From: an uncultured delta proteobacterium
Lineage (GTDB): Bacteria > Desulfobacterota > Binatia > UBA9968
Assembly (NCBI GenBank): GCA_963816145.1
Contig: CAWFJP010000011.1
Span: forward strand, 320,001 to 384,000
Direction of reading: 5' to 3'
DNA: 64,000 nt
A model generated the notes under the pieces. The model made no database searches. It saw only the letters and a program-made list of their open reading frames with translations, and was not told the origin of the DNA. Of this stretch, positions 55,682 to 64,000 are shown in pieces. The translations under genes and the position numbers were made by a program. Positions within the stretch are counted from its first letter, which is position 1, and each line of letters begins with the position of its first letter.

Positions 55682-56674
55682 GTGACGCGAGCGGCAGTTA
55701 AAAATTTGACAGCTTGGAGTCGAAGACTGCGGCATTCGGTTGTCGGTGCGGTCATAGCTCTATCCCTGAGTTTTTCCGCTCATGCCCAAGATCAGCGCAA
55801 AGTTCGCCTAGCCTATTCGGCCTTTAGCATTTCGTTTCTAAATCTCTTTGTCGCCCGCGACGCCGGCCTGTTCAAAAAATATGGCTTGGAACCCGAACTG
55901 ATTCAGATGGCCGGACCGCTGCCGGTAGCCGCTTTGGCCTCGGGCGAGATCGATTACCTGACGGGATACACCACCGGTATTATCGCCACCGGTCAAGGCG
56001 CGCCGCTCAAGGGGATCCTGATCGCACTGCGCAAGCCGCCCTTTTACCTGGTCGCCGAGCCGAGCATCCATAGCATCAACGACCTTGCCGGCAAGCGTAT
56101 CGGCATCGATCGCATCGGCAGCTTGCAGCACCTGGTGGTCCGCTTGCTCATGCGTTCCAAAGGCGCCGATCCCGAGAAAGCGATCTTCACGCAAACCGGT
56201 TCAGTGTCCAATACGGTCAGCAGCTTGGGCCAGGGCGCAGTGTCCGCCGCAGTCTTATCTGGTCCGCATAACGTCATCATGGGACAAAAAGGCTTTCGCC
56301 AGGTCGGCGCCGCGGACGAGTTACCGATGCAGTTTCCCACTAGCGGCTTAGTGGTGAACGACAGCAAGCTTAAGAGCGACGCCAATCGCATCAAGAATGT
56401 TATACGGGTGATGCTCGACGCTTCGGCGTTTTGCCGCAAAGAGAGAACCTGGATGATCAATTACATCCGTGACAAGTGGAAGGTCGAGCAAAAAACTGCC
56501 GAGACGGTTTACGACCAGTGGCTGGGAATCCTCACGCCGGACGGCAAGATCGCCATCAAGGATATGCAGGAGTATTTCGACCTGGCGTATAATCAGAAAC
56601 AGATCCCCGCGCCGGTCAACGTCGCCGCGGTTACCGATTACACATTGATCGATCAGGTGTTGGCGGGGAAATAA
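55682..56674 (+). CDS. Orphan ABC SBP, NMT1/THI5-SsuA-like family (start uncertain)
   Basis: Signal AHAQ, G.FKKYGL, ALASGEID, DL.GKRIG. Confidence 0.85.
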   Translation: MTRAAVKNLTAWSRRLRHSVVGAVIALSLSFSAHAQDQRKVRLAYSAFSISFLNLFVARDAGLFKKYGLEPELIQMAGPLPVAALASGEIDYLTGYTTGIIATGQGAPLKGILIALRKPPFYLVAEPSIHSINDLAGKRIGIDRIGSLQHLVVRLLMRSKGADPEKAIFTQTGSVSNTVSSLGQGAVSAAVLSGPHNVIMGQKGFRQVGAADELPMQFPTSGLVVNDSKLKSDANRIKNVIRVMLDASAFCRKERTWMINYIRDKWKVEQKTAETVYDQWLGILTPDGKIAIKDMQEYFDLAYNQKQIPAPVNVAAVTDYTLIDQVLAGK

Positions 56675-56718
56675 TCGTGTTCAGTTGCGGTCAAGCAGCT
56701 CTCAGATGAATTCCATCC

Positions 56719-56746
56719 CTAGACTCTAGACACGAGACCCAAGACA
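56719..56746. repeat. 7-mer array (CTAGACN-type), single arm
   Basis: ctagact-ctagaca-cgagacc-caagaca directly before the SD of the next gene. Confidence 0.6.
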
Positions 56747-56758
56747 AGGAGTTTTATT

Positions 56759-57430
56759 ATGGTAGACGGCAAAGCACTCGTCGATTCAGTTCGCAAAGAA
56801 ATCATCGAACCCGGCATTGTGAGTTTGATGAACACGCAGTATTTCACCGAGCTGCGCCAGGGCAAGTTATCGGTCAAAAGAATGCAAGGTTGGTCGATCC
56901 AGCACTATCTGCACAATAAGGCGATTCTGAAATCGTTCGCCCTCGGCATGGTGAAGAATGCTCACGAACCGATCATGTTCGACTACTTCACCGAACAGTT
57001 CACCGAAGAGCAGACGCACCCCGACTTGGCCAAGCGCTTTGGCCTCGCCCTCGGTTTGAAGGAAGAAGACTTCACCGAGGCGACACAGATGTTCGAGTGC
57101 CAGATACACTCGGCGCGCACGGTCTACAACACGCTGATGGGTTACGCGCCGCAAAACCGCGCTTCGGCGCTCACTAGCGAGAGCATGGTTTGCCGATACT
57201 CGGAGGAATTTTTGAACGCCGGGCGCAAACACTACGGCCTCTCGGATCGCGATCTGACCTTCTTCAGCGTCCACATGGTCGCCGATCAGGAGCACACCGC
57301 GCGCTCGGCGGAATTGATTGCACGCATGGTCAAGACGCCGCGCGAAGAGCGGCTAGTGCGTGAAAGCGCCCAGTACATGGTGCGGATCAAGCTCGGCAAG
57401 TTCGACGGCCTATATCGCGAGTACGCCTGA
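56759..57430 (+). CDS. Heme-oxygenase-like (PqqC/CADD/TenA superfamily) iron-containing redox enzyme
   Basis: EEQTH, E, FFSVH..AD.EH metal-ligand pattern; all-helical, ~220 aa. Confidence 0.78.
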   Translation: MVDGKALVDSVRKEIIEPGIVSLMNTQYFTELRQGKLSVKRMQGWSIQHYLHNKAILKSFALGMVKNAHEPIMFDYFTEQFTEEQTHPDLAKRFGLALGLKEEDFTEATQMFECQIHSARTVYNTLMGYAPQNRASALTSESMVCRYSEEFLNAGRKHYGLSDRDLTFFSVHMVADQEHTARSAELIARMVKTPREERLVRESAQYMVRIKLGKFDGLYREYA

Positions 57431-57440
57431 GGGAAGTTCT

Positions 57441-58448
57441 ATGAAAAAAGGGTTCCTGTTTTTAACTTTCGCGCTGCTTCTGGCCGCCGATGCTTGGGCG
57501 CAAGCGGATCTGAACGCGCTCATCGCCGGCGCCAAGAACGACAAGGAAGTCGTTTGGTACACCACGACCTCCGCCGGCGACAACCAGGCGATCGTCGCCG
57601 GCTTCACTAAAAAATATCCATTTCTCAAAGTCCAAGTTCTGCGCAGCACCGGCGAGAAACTGCGCCAGCGCGTTTTGGCGGAGACTCAGGGCGGACAGTT
57701 TTTTTCCGATGTCTTGAGCGTCAGCAGCATGGAAATGGGCTTGCTCAAGTCGCGCAACCTGCTGCAACCCTACGACCCTCCCGAAGCGGACGCTTATCCG
57801 GCTAACGCCAGAGACAGAGAGAAGGCTTTCACGGCGATCTATGCGCGCAACTTCGTCATGGGTTTCAACACCGCCATGCTCGGCGAAAAAGAGCGGCCGC
57901 GCGATTGGCCCGACCTGCTCGCGCCCTTCTGGAAGGGCAAGTTCGCCATGGACGAGGAAGAGTTCGAGTGGTTCGGCACGCTAGTCGACTATTGGGGGAG
58001 GGAAAAGGCCGGCAAGTTCATCCGCGCTCTAGCGGCGCAGCAACCGCAGTTGCGCCGTGGTCATAGCCTGCTTGCCCAACTGCTCGCTGCCGGCGAGTTT
58101 CACGCCGCCATCGTTTTTCCGTTCGAGATTGAACAGCTTAAACTAAAAGGGGCGCGGGTCGACTGGGCCGCGACCTCCGATCCGATCGTCACCTCGATCA
58201 ACGTCATGGCGCTGTCGACCAAGGCGCCCCATTCGAACTCCGGCAAGCTGCTGATCAATTACGTCTTGTCCGAAGAAGGCCAGACCATCATCAAGAATCT
58301 CTCCCGCGTGCCAATCCGCCCCGGTGTCAAGCCGACCATCGCCAAGCTCGATCAATCGGCGCTGAAAATCCATTACGTCCCCGCCGACATGTTCCGCAAG
58401 GTCGCCGAGTACGAAAAGGAATTCAGGGAACTGTTCTGGAAGAAGTAG
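57441..58448 (+). CDS. Extracellular solute-binding protein (AfuA/Fe3+-type family)
   Basis: Signal AWAQ, F.KKYP, DLL.P.WKGK, APH.N..KL.INY.LSEEGQ. Confidence 0.85.
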   Translation: MKKGFLFLTFALLLAADAWAQADLNALIAGAKNDKEVVWYTTTSAGDNQAIVAGFTKKYPFLKVQVLRSTGEKLRQRVLAETQGGQFFSDVLSVSSMEMGLLKSRNLLQPYDPPEADAYPANARDREKAFTAIYARNFVMGFNTAMLGEKERPRDWPDLLAPFWKGKFAMDEEEFEWFGTLVDYWGREKAGKFIRALAAQQPQLRRGHSLLAQLLAAGEFHAAIVFPFEIEQLKLKGARVDWAATSDPIVTSINVMALSTKAPHSNSGKLLINYVLSEEGQTIIKNLSRVPIRPGVKPTIAKLDQSALKIHYVPADMFRKVAEYEKEFRELFWKK

Positions 58449-58519
58449 TAAAGCGAATGATCCTCGGCCTTAAGCCGCAGGATTCTGAATTCGTCGACTG
58501 GCAGTCGATTCTCTCTTTA

Positions 58520-58603
58520 GTCTTTCCGGCGCAGGCCGGAATCCAGGTTTGCTTTGTCGATATAGCGCAAGCGCAGATAGATGCCGGCCTGCGCCGGCAT
58601 GAC
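58520..58603. repeat. REP-like inverted doublet (GTC.TTCCGGCGCAGGCCGGAATCCAG / GATGCCGGCCTGCGCCGGCATGAC)
   Basis: Two mutually inverted hairpin units between convergent genes. Confidence 0.8.
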
Positions 58604-58640
58604 GTAGTACAGACCACCGACCTGTTTCTGGACTCGCCAA

Positions 58641-59324
58641 TCAGGACGGTAGTGTCGTAGCTTCGATCTCCACTAGATACTTTTCGCCGGCGAAGCCGTC
58701 GACGAAGGTAAACTCGATCTCTGGCACGCTCTGCCGGCTGTCAGCGGCGAGGACCTGCCTGGCTTCCTCGACATTCGAGCCGCGCTGCAGTAGCAGAGAT
58801 AGTTTCTTTACTTTCGACCAATCGGTTTTCGCCCGCGCAAAAGCGTTATCCAACGTTCCCAACACATCTGCGATCTGCCGCGCCAATGTCGCCGCCTCGG
58901 AAGTGAAGCCGGAGAAAAACAGCAGCCCATCGTATTCCAGATAACAGAGATAATTGCGCGCCGGCTCGAAGTCGACCGGTTTTCTCTGTACCGGAGGATT
59001 CAATGGCCGCAGCGCAAGAAGTTCCAACCCGGCCGAGCTGGCGGAATCGAACCAGGGTTGCGAGATAAAACTCGAGCTGGCGGCACGACGACTGCCGCTG
59101 AGAATTTTCGCGCGAGCCAGCGTCGCGTCCGTGCGCGCCTGTCGGTCCCGCCCGAACACGCGAATGCGCGCCGTGTGATCGAGCGATAAACCATGGGACT
59201 TGAGCGCACCATCAAATCGTGCGAATAATTCCGCCGTCGCGCTTTCGACCGATGCCCCAGACTTCGCTTCACCGGAAACTTCAACAAACTCACGCCCTAG
59301 CCAAGTAAAGATCTTTGTTTCCAT
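58641..59324 (-). CDS. Tandem Rid/YjgF-like fold hypothetical protein
   Basis: Two similar halves (V.GE..L..GLSLD..R.RVF; FFSG..QI..VL..L...W.KV), C-terminal LVEIEAT. Confidence 0.6.
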   Translation of the reverse strand: METKIFTWLGREFVEVSGEAKSGASVESATAELFARFDGALKSHGLSLDHTARIRVFGRDRQARTDATLARAKILSGSRRAASSSFISQPWFDSASSAGLELLALRPLNPPVQRKPVDFEPARNYLCYLEYDGLLFFSGFTSEAATLARQIADVLGTLDNAFARAKTDWSKVKKLSLLLQRGSNVEEARQVLAADSRQSVPEIEFTFVDGFAGEKYLVEIEATTLPS

Positions 59325-59433
59325 ACCGGCCGTAACATACTGCAACATGGCAACCGAGACAAAGCCATTTTTGCGTCCAGCGAATCAATTTAAATTCACT
59401 GTGGATCGGACGTTGATGGCGGCGTCCCATATC

Positions 59434-59460
59434 TGTCATTTCGAGCGGAGCGAGAAATCT
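59434..59460. repeat. Solo REP-like unit TGTCATTTCGAGCGGAGCGAGAAATCT
   Basis: Imperfect palindrome of the GTCAT...AATCT type; no partner arm seen. Confidence 0.55.
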
Positions 59461-59569
59461 TTCCCGCTTCCAGCATCGCGGCCAAAATCAAGTGCACCAT
59501 TCGACCCGCGACTTGCGTTTGTCCGCCTGTTTGGCATATCTGGCGTAGGCTCTTTCAATAGGAGAATCG

Positions 59570-60081
59570 ATGATCGCGCCACGCCTCACCACCACAACGT
59601 GCGCTCTGCTGGTCTCGCTGTTTCTTGTTACGGTCGCGTTCGCCCAACCGACCAAGATCCGCCTGGCCTCTACGGCCGCCACCAGCACGGAGAAGGTCGC
59701 CTTCGCTCTGGCCAAGGACGCCGGCATTCTCAAAAAACACAATATCGATCTGGAAGTAATCTTGATCACCGGCGGCCCGGTGGCGATTACATGAAAAGTA
59801 ATGGCGACGCTCTCCGGCGCTTCCTGCGCGCGTACGTTGAATCGATCCGGTACTACAAAACCAACCGCGCCGATGCCATCGAGGAAACCATGAAAGCGAT
59901 CCGTACCGACGACCGTCAACTCGCCGAAGCCGACTACAACTTCCGCGCCCGCGCCTTCCCCGACGACGGCAAACCGACGTTGAAGGGAATCCAGCTGGCC
60001 ATCGACGAGTTGGTGAAAGAGAACCCGAAAGCAAAAACCGTCACACCACAGCAAGTGATCGATCTCAGCTTTCTGCCGTAG
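59570..60081 (+). pseudogene. NMT1/THI5-like SBP with a large internal deletion
   Basis: Signal peptide plus first ~72 aa (..KKHNIDLEVILITGGPVAI) fused out of frame at ~59785 to the last ~98 aa (YMKSN..FLRAYVESIRY..IDLSFLP*); SD AGGAG. Confidence 0.8.
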
Positions 60082-60085
60082 AAAA

Positions 60086-60487
60086 ATGTTTCACCGCCTC
60101 ATCACCGCCGAAGGCCAGAGCCGTTCCGCCGGAACCGTGGAAATTTTCGGTTGGCTGATTCTCGTCGAAGGCGCTTCGATAGTGCTCTTGCCGCAACTCG
60201 CCGTCGGGCTGCTACATCTTCCGCTACTGGTCGAGCAAGCGGAGAATTATTTCCGGCTCGTCGGGATACTGGTGAGCGGTGTCGGCATGCTCTATGTTGT
60301 CAGTGGCCGGCTAAACGCCGAAGGCTTTGTCTTTGCCTCGATGCTCGATCGACCGCTGGTCCCCATCGCGATGGCGATCCTTTGGCATTTGGAAATCATA
60401 CCGGGACCTCTAGCCGTGATTTTTTCGATCCAAGATTTCGGCAGTTTTCTTTGGACGTTCGTCATGTGGCGGTCGGAACATAGATGA
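60086..60487 (+). CDS. Hypothetical membrane protein (4 TM)
   Basis: 133-aa hydrophobic ORF filling the gap in a same-strand run. Confidence 0.7.
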   Translation: MFHRLITAEGQSRSAGTVEIFGWLILVEGASIVLLPQLAVGLLHLPLLVEQAENYFRLVGILVSGVGMLYVVSGRLNAEGFVFASMLDRPLVPIAMAILWHLEIIPGPLAVIFSIQDFGSFLWTFVMWRSEHR

Positions 60488-60512
60488 TGATCGTAGCGAC
60501 GGAGGACATATT

Positions 60513-61406
60513 ATGAGTAACCCGACAATCGGTTTCATTGGTCTCGGCATCATGGGCAAACCCATAGCGCGCCACCTACTCAATGCGGGCTACCCGTTGG
60601 TTATCCATAACCGCAGCCGTGCAGCGGTGGATGAATTAGCCAAGGAAGGCGCGCAACCAGCAGCGAATTCGCAGGATGTCGCCCAACGCAGCGATGTGAA
60701 TATCACCATGCTGCCGGATTCTCCTGACGTCGATTTGGTCTACGCCGGTGAGCGCGGCATCTTCGCCGGTGTGAAATCCGGCACATTGCTAATCGACATG
60801 TCGAGCATATCACCGGTGGTTGCGCGAAAGCTTGCCGCTGAAGCGGAAAAGCGCGGCTGTGACATGCTCGACGCCCCGGTGAGCGGCGGTGAAGCGGGCG
60901 CCATCGCCGCAAGCCTGTCGATCATGATCGGCGGCAAAGTTTCCGCCGTGGAACGCGCCATGCCGATCTTTGAAAAGCTCGGCAAAAACATCGTTCACGT
61001 TGGCGATGCCGGCGCCGGCCAGGTAACCAAAGCAGCGAACCAGATGGTCGTCGGCACGACGATCGCAATCGTCGGCGAAGCGCTCGTGCTGGCGGCGAAA
61101 GCCGGTGTCGATCCGGGGAAAGTAAGACAAGCGCTGCTCGGCGGCTTCGCCCAATCGAAAATCCTCGAAGCCCACGGCCAGAAAATGCTCGATCGCAACT
61201 TCAAACCCGGCTTCCGCATCCGCCTGCACGAGAAAGATATGAAGATTGCTTTGGCGACCGGGAGTGAGTACGGTGTGCCGCTCATGGTCACCGGCGTCGT
61301 CGGTCAGATGATGACCGCCATGAAAGGCATGGGCAACGGCGACTTGGATCACGCCGGGCTGGTGAAGTTCGTAGAAGAGCTGGCGAAGAAGCAGGTTAGT
61401 GATTAG
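60513..61406 (+). CDS. garR: 2-hydroxy-3-oxopropionate (tartronate semialdehyde) reductase-like beta-hydroxyacid dehydrogenase
   Basis: GFIGLGIMG, LDAPVSGGE, GAGQVTKAANQ, F.PGFRI.LH.KD; SD GGAGG. Confidence 0.85.
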   Translation: MSNPTIGFIGLGIMGKPIARHLLNAGYPLVIHNRSRAAVDELAKEGAQPAANSQDVAQRSDVNITMLPDSPDVDLVYAGERGIFAGVKSGTLLIDMSSISPVVARKLAAEAEKRGCDMLDAPVSGGEAGAIAASLSIMIGGKVSAVERAMPIFEKLGKNIVHVGDAGAGQVTKAANQMVVGTTIAIVGEALVLAAKAGVDPGKVRQALLGGFAQSKILEAHGQKMLDRNFKPGFRIRLHEKDMKIALATGSEYGVPLMVTGVVGQMMTAMKGMGNGDLDHAGLVKFVEELAKKQVSD

Positions 61407-61841
61407 TGAGTTAGGGGTTAGTGATTTAGCCGGACCGTTTGTTGAGTTGTTGGGAAATCATGCGGTTTAACATCTTTAGGATTTCTTCCAAGAGCGCCCG
61501 ACGCTCCTGAAAACCCGCACCGTCGATCAGGTCTAAATCTCGGCATTTGAGATACCAATCCAGAGTTTCAGTCGTCGAACCACGAGCTACGATCAGATAG
61601 TGCGTGTACTCTTTGCCGGTCCGCCTTCCAAAACCTTCGGCGATATTGGCACTAATCGAGCTTGCCGACCGCAAAACTTGGTTGGTGATCACGCGCCCAG
61701 TCGCACTGATGGGGAACCCACCAACATCGCGCGCAACATCAAGAAAGAGCTGATGGGCTTTTTGCCAAACTATTAAATCTTCAAAACTGCGAATCTCGCC
61801 CACAACCTAACTCACTAATTCCCTAACCCCTAAATCACTAC
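61394..61841. mobile_element. Second four-helix-bundle cassette bounded by inverted 7-mer arrays (GGTTAGT/CTAACCC-type)
   Basis: Left ggttagt-gattagt-gagttag-gggttag-tgatttag (contains the garR stop); right ctaactc-actaatt-ccctaac-ccctaaa-tcactac, next to the stop of the adjacent SBP gene. Confidence 0.6.
61426..61803 (-). CDS. Four helix bundle protein (23S rRNA-IVP / Avd-like family)
   Basis: IRSFEDLIVWQKAH, Q..RSASSISANIAEGFGR, YL..ARGS..E. Confidence 0.93.
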   Translation of the reverse strand: MGEIRSFEDLIVWQKAHQLFLDVARDVGGFPISATGRVITNQVLRSASSISANIAEGFGRRTGKEYTHYLIVARGSTTETLDWYLKCRDLDLIDGAGFQERRALLEEILKMLNRMISQQLNKRSG

Positions 61842-61842
61842 C

Positions 61843-62826
61843 CTACGGTTTCCACCCCGTCTTATTGAGCTGAGCATCGGCCTCCGCCGCAAAACTGAAA
61901 TCATACGCTTTGGCATTGGCCAGAGTCTCATTGCCGTTGATGACCTGGCGGATGATGTTGAGGTCGTTGCGCTGGGTCTCGTCGTCGACGACGCCATTGC
62001 GCGTAAAAGTGCCGATGAGATCATCGTAGAGGCGCGTCGCTTGCTGGCGGGAGATGCCGGAGAATTTTAGCAACGCCGCCACCGTTCCTTCTTTGTCCTG
62101 GCGCAGGTAGCGCAACGCCTTGAGCGTCGCGCGCACAAAGCCTGACACCATTTTGGGATTTTCTTTTATGAGTTTGTCCGTCGTCGCTAGCGTGCCCCAG
62201 GAATTTTTCACTTCATTGCCCATGAAAAACATTTCATGCATGCCTTTATCCAACGCCGTGTAGCGCTGTTCGACGCTGAGCACGGCCGCGTCGAAAGCTC
62301 CGCCGAGAAGCGCCGTGAGCTGGTTGCCCTGTCCGACGTCGAGATAATTAACATCCTTGTTGCCATCGATACCGTGCTTGGTAAGAATCTGTTTCAGCAT
62401 AAAGGTCGCGATGGCGGCCACCCCTGTCGTGGCAATTTTCTTGCCTTTAAGCTCTTTGGGGCTTTTTATCTCAGGCCGCGTGACCAGCCATTGAAGCACA
62501 CGATCGTTGGTCGCGACCACGACCTTGAGCGGCGTGTTGCCGCGCGCGATGCTGACGAGCGCGCTGCTACCCGCGCCGGTGAACTGAACGTCGCCACCGA
62601 GCATGGCCTGGATGCTCGTCGTCGGCGCCACGAAGATGACCCTTTCGTCCAGGCCTTCTTCCTTCATGTACCCCTTCTGTTGCGCCACCGGGTAGATCAC
62701 CATCTGAAAGCTTTTCGCCGGGACCGCCATGTTGACGGTCTGAAACTGCTGCGCGCTCACGCCCTGCGCGGCGAACAGAACGGCGCTGATGGCGATCAAC
62801 AATTTGGCTAGAGAAGTTCTTGGCAT
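61843..62826 (-). CDS. Orphan ABC SBP, NMT1/THI5-SsuA-like family
   Basis: Signal VSAQ, KGY.KEEGLD, ELKGKKIA, YDFSF; SD GAGGAG before ATG 62826. Confidence 0.88.
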   Translation of the reverse strand: MPRTSLAKLLIAISAVLFAAQGVSAQQFQTVNMAVPAKSFQMVIYPVAQQKGYMKEEGLDERVIFVAPTTSIQAMLGGDVQFTGAGSSALVSIARGNTPLKVVVATNDRVLQWLVTRPEIKSPKELKGKKIATTGVAAIATFMLKQILTKHGIDGNKDVNYLDVGQGNQLTALLGGAFDAAVLSVEQRYTALDKGMHEMFFMGNEVKNSWGTLATTDKLIKENPKMVSGFVRATLKALRYLRQDKEGTVAALLKFSGISRQQATRLYDDLIGTFTRNGVVDDETQRNDLNIIRQVINGNETLANAKAYDFSFAAEADAQLNKTGWKP

Positions 62827-63023
62827 AGAATAGCTCCTCTCATTGTCCTGTTCATTGCGAATCTTTCCGCGTTCGATGCGAGAATTCCATCTCACCCATT
62901 GGATCAGGAAGTACACGAAGGATTCGTTTAACACTTCCGGGCGGTCGTCCCCGGCACCAGCGCCTAAGCGCTGATGCCGGAGGGCAATGGCCGGACATAC
63001 CGAAACCATTTTCGCCAGGGCTG

Positions 63024-64000
63024 TTAGTTCAGAGGATAGAGTAATTTCGGATTTTCGAAGAACATCTTGTCGGTGATCGTCCGCGGCACATCTTCGCGCG
63101 CGCGCATGGCGGCAACCAACTGGCGTTCCTCGGACGGATCTTGATGACCGTAGTCCGAACCGATGATCAGATGATCTTCGCCGGTAAACTCGGAGATATA
63201 TTTGATGTCTTCGTCGGCCTCGGCGGCGACGAAGATGCGATATTCGCGGAACATGTCTTGGTCCGAGGAAAACTTCCACTTTTCTTTGAACAGCCGCTTA
63301 AGGATATGCATCATGAACGGCACCCACCCCGCCGAGGCTTCGAGGAATCCGAACTTCAGCTTGGGATACTGTTCGGGAATCTTGTTGCCGATCAAATCGC
63401 GGAACGCCAGGATCGGCTGAATCCGACTATGGCCGAAAGTATGATTGCGCTCGACGTCGAACAGCTTGATGAATTCGGGGCAGCCCGCGCCGGTGTGAAT
63501 GCAAATCGGCAGCTCGGTGTCGTTGGCCGCCTGATAGATCGGGTGGAAGTAAGGATTGTCGAGAGTGCGCTGTCCCTCGACGCCGCGGAAGAACACGCCC
63601 ACCGCGCCGTTGTCCTTGCCCCACTTGATCTCTTTCACCGACTCCTCGGTGGAATGGAGCGGCGGCACCACCACCCAACGCATACGCCCGCCGGACTTGG
63701 CACAGGCCTGGGCGATGAAACGGTTGTAGGCACGCGCCATGGCGACATCGAGTGCGACATCGTCGGTAATGTAAATGAGAAACAAGGTCGGAAAAACCAC
63801 CTGAATATCGACGCCGAGCTTATCCATGTCGCGCAGGCGGCCGGGGATATCGGTCATCTCGCGGTAAGGCAGGTGAATGTCGCCGCGGGCCAACTCGAAT
63901 TTCGACGCGGACGGCGTGATCAGGCGAAAACTGCCCTTGCCGTTGGGCTTGGGGAAAATATTGCCATCGATGAGCCAAAACGCATTGCGCGGGCCATAGA
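63024..64000 (-). CDS. Amidohydrolase family protein (5' end outside the window)
   Basis: RL.DMD..GVD.QV.FPT, AYN, P..IH, FLEA..GW, GSDYGH.D; frame open to the window edge. Confidence 0.9.
   Translation of the reverse strand, partial: YGPRNAFWLIDGNIFPKPNGKGSFRLITPSASKFELARGDIHLPYREMTDIPGRLRDMDKLGVDIQVVFPTLFLIYITDDVALDVAMARAYNRFIAQACAKSGGRMRWVVVPPLHSTEESVKEIKWGKDNGAVGVFFRGVEGQRTLDNPYFHPIYQAANDTELPICIHTGAGCPEFIKLFDVERNHTFGHSRIQPILAFRDLIGNKIPEQYPKLKFGFLEASAGWVPFMMHILKRLFKEKWKFSSDQDMFREYRIFVAAEADEDIKYISEFTGEDHLIIGSDYGHQDPSEERQLVAAMRAREDVPRTITDKMFFENPKLLYPLN

Noticed and set aside
62827-63279. 478-aa version of the last SBP ORF
   Set aside because: The extension overlaps the amidohydrolase gene in another frame; the SD and signal peptide place the start at 62826.

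Overview
GC-rich bacterial chromosomal window with no rRNA, tRNA, CRISPR array, integrase or transposase recognised. The many orphan substrate-binding proteins (SBPs), poly-GAF kinase, short-type PutA and amidohydrolase suggest a Deltaproteobacteria-like lineage such as Ca. Binatia; this is inference only. Housekeeping blocks: putA, tlpA-ccdA-folE-pepA-trxA, mreBCD-mrdA-rodA, ppiD-like, lipBA, TRAP dctPQM plus amidase, glcDFE, mltD-like and garR-like. Four things stand out. (1) A ~20 kb signalling island (7.3-27.1 kb) combines an MBL hydrolase, a cNMP-binding/MalT-like/DASS transporter fusion, an NtrC-type regulator with a downstream sigma54 promoter, a Cache-HAMP-GAF-GAF kinase, a single receiver and a receiver-adenylate cyclase. 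It also holds seven paralogous ABC-type SBP genes but no permease or ATPase. (2) Several SBP 3' ends share a DNA-level conserved motif (CGGGCGGATCGGGTGAT), which also brackets an inserted toxin-antitoxin module, as in a cassette array. (3) Two four-helix-bundle (Avd-like) genes are each enclosed by inverted arrays of 7-nt repeats, and many 'empty' 7-mer hairpins and 9-mer arrays sit at gene junctions. (4) A 15-aa Lys-rich microprotein (MAAKKKAKKKAKKKK), below the ORF-track cutoff, has its own strong promoter, perfect Shine-Dalgarno site and terminator. Several single-base frameshifts in short homopolymers look like assembly errors.
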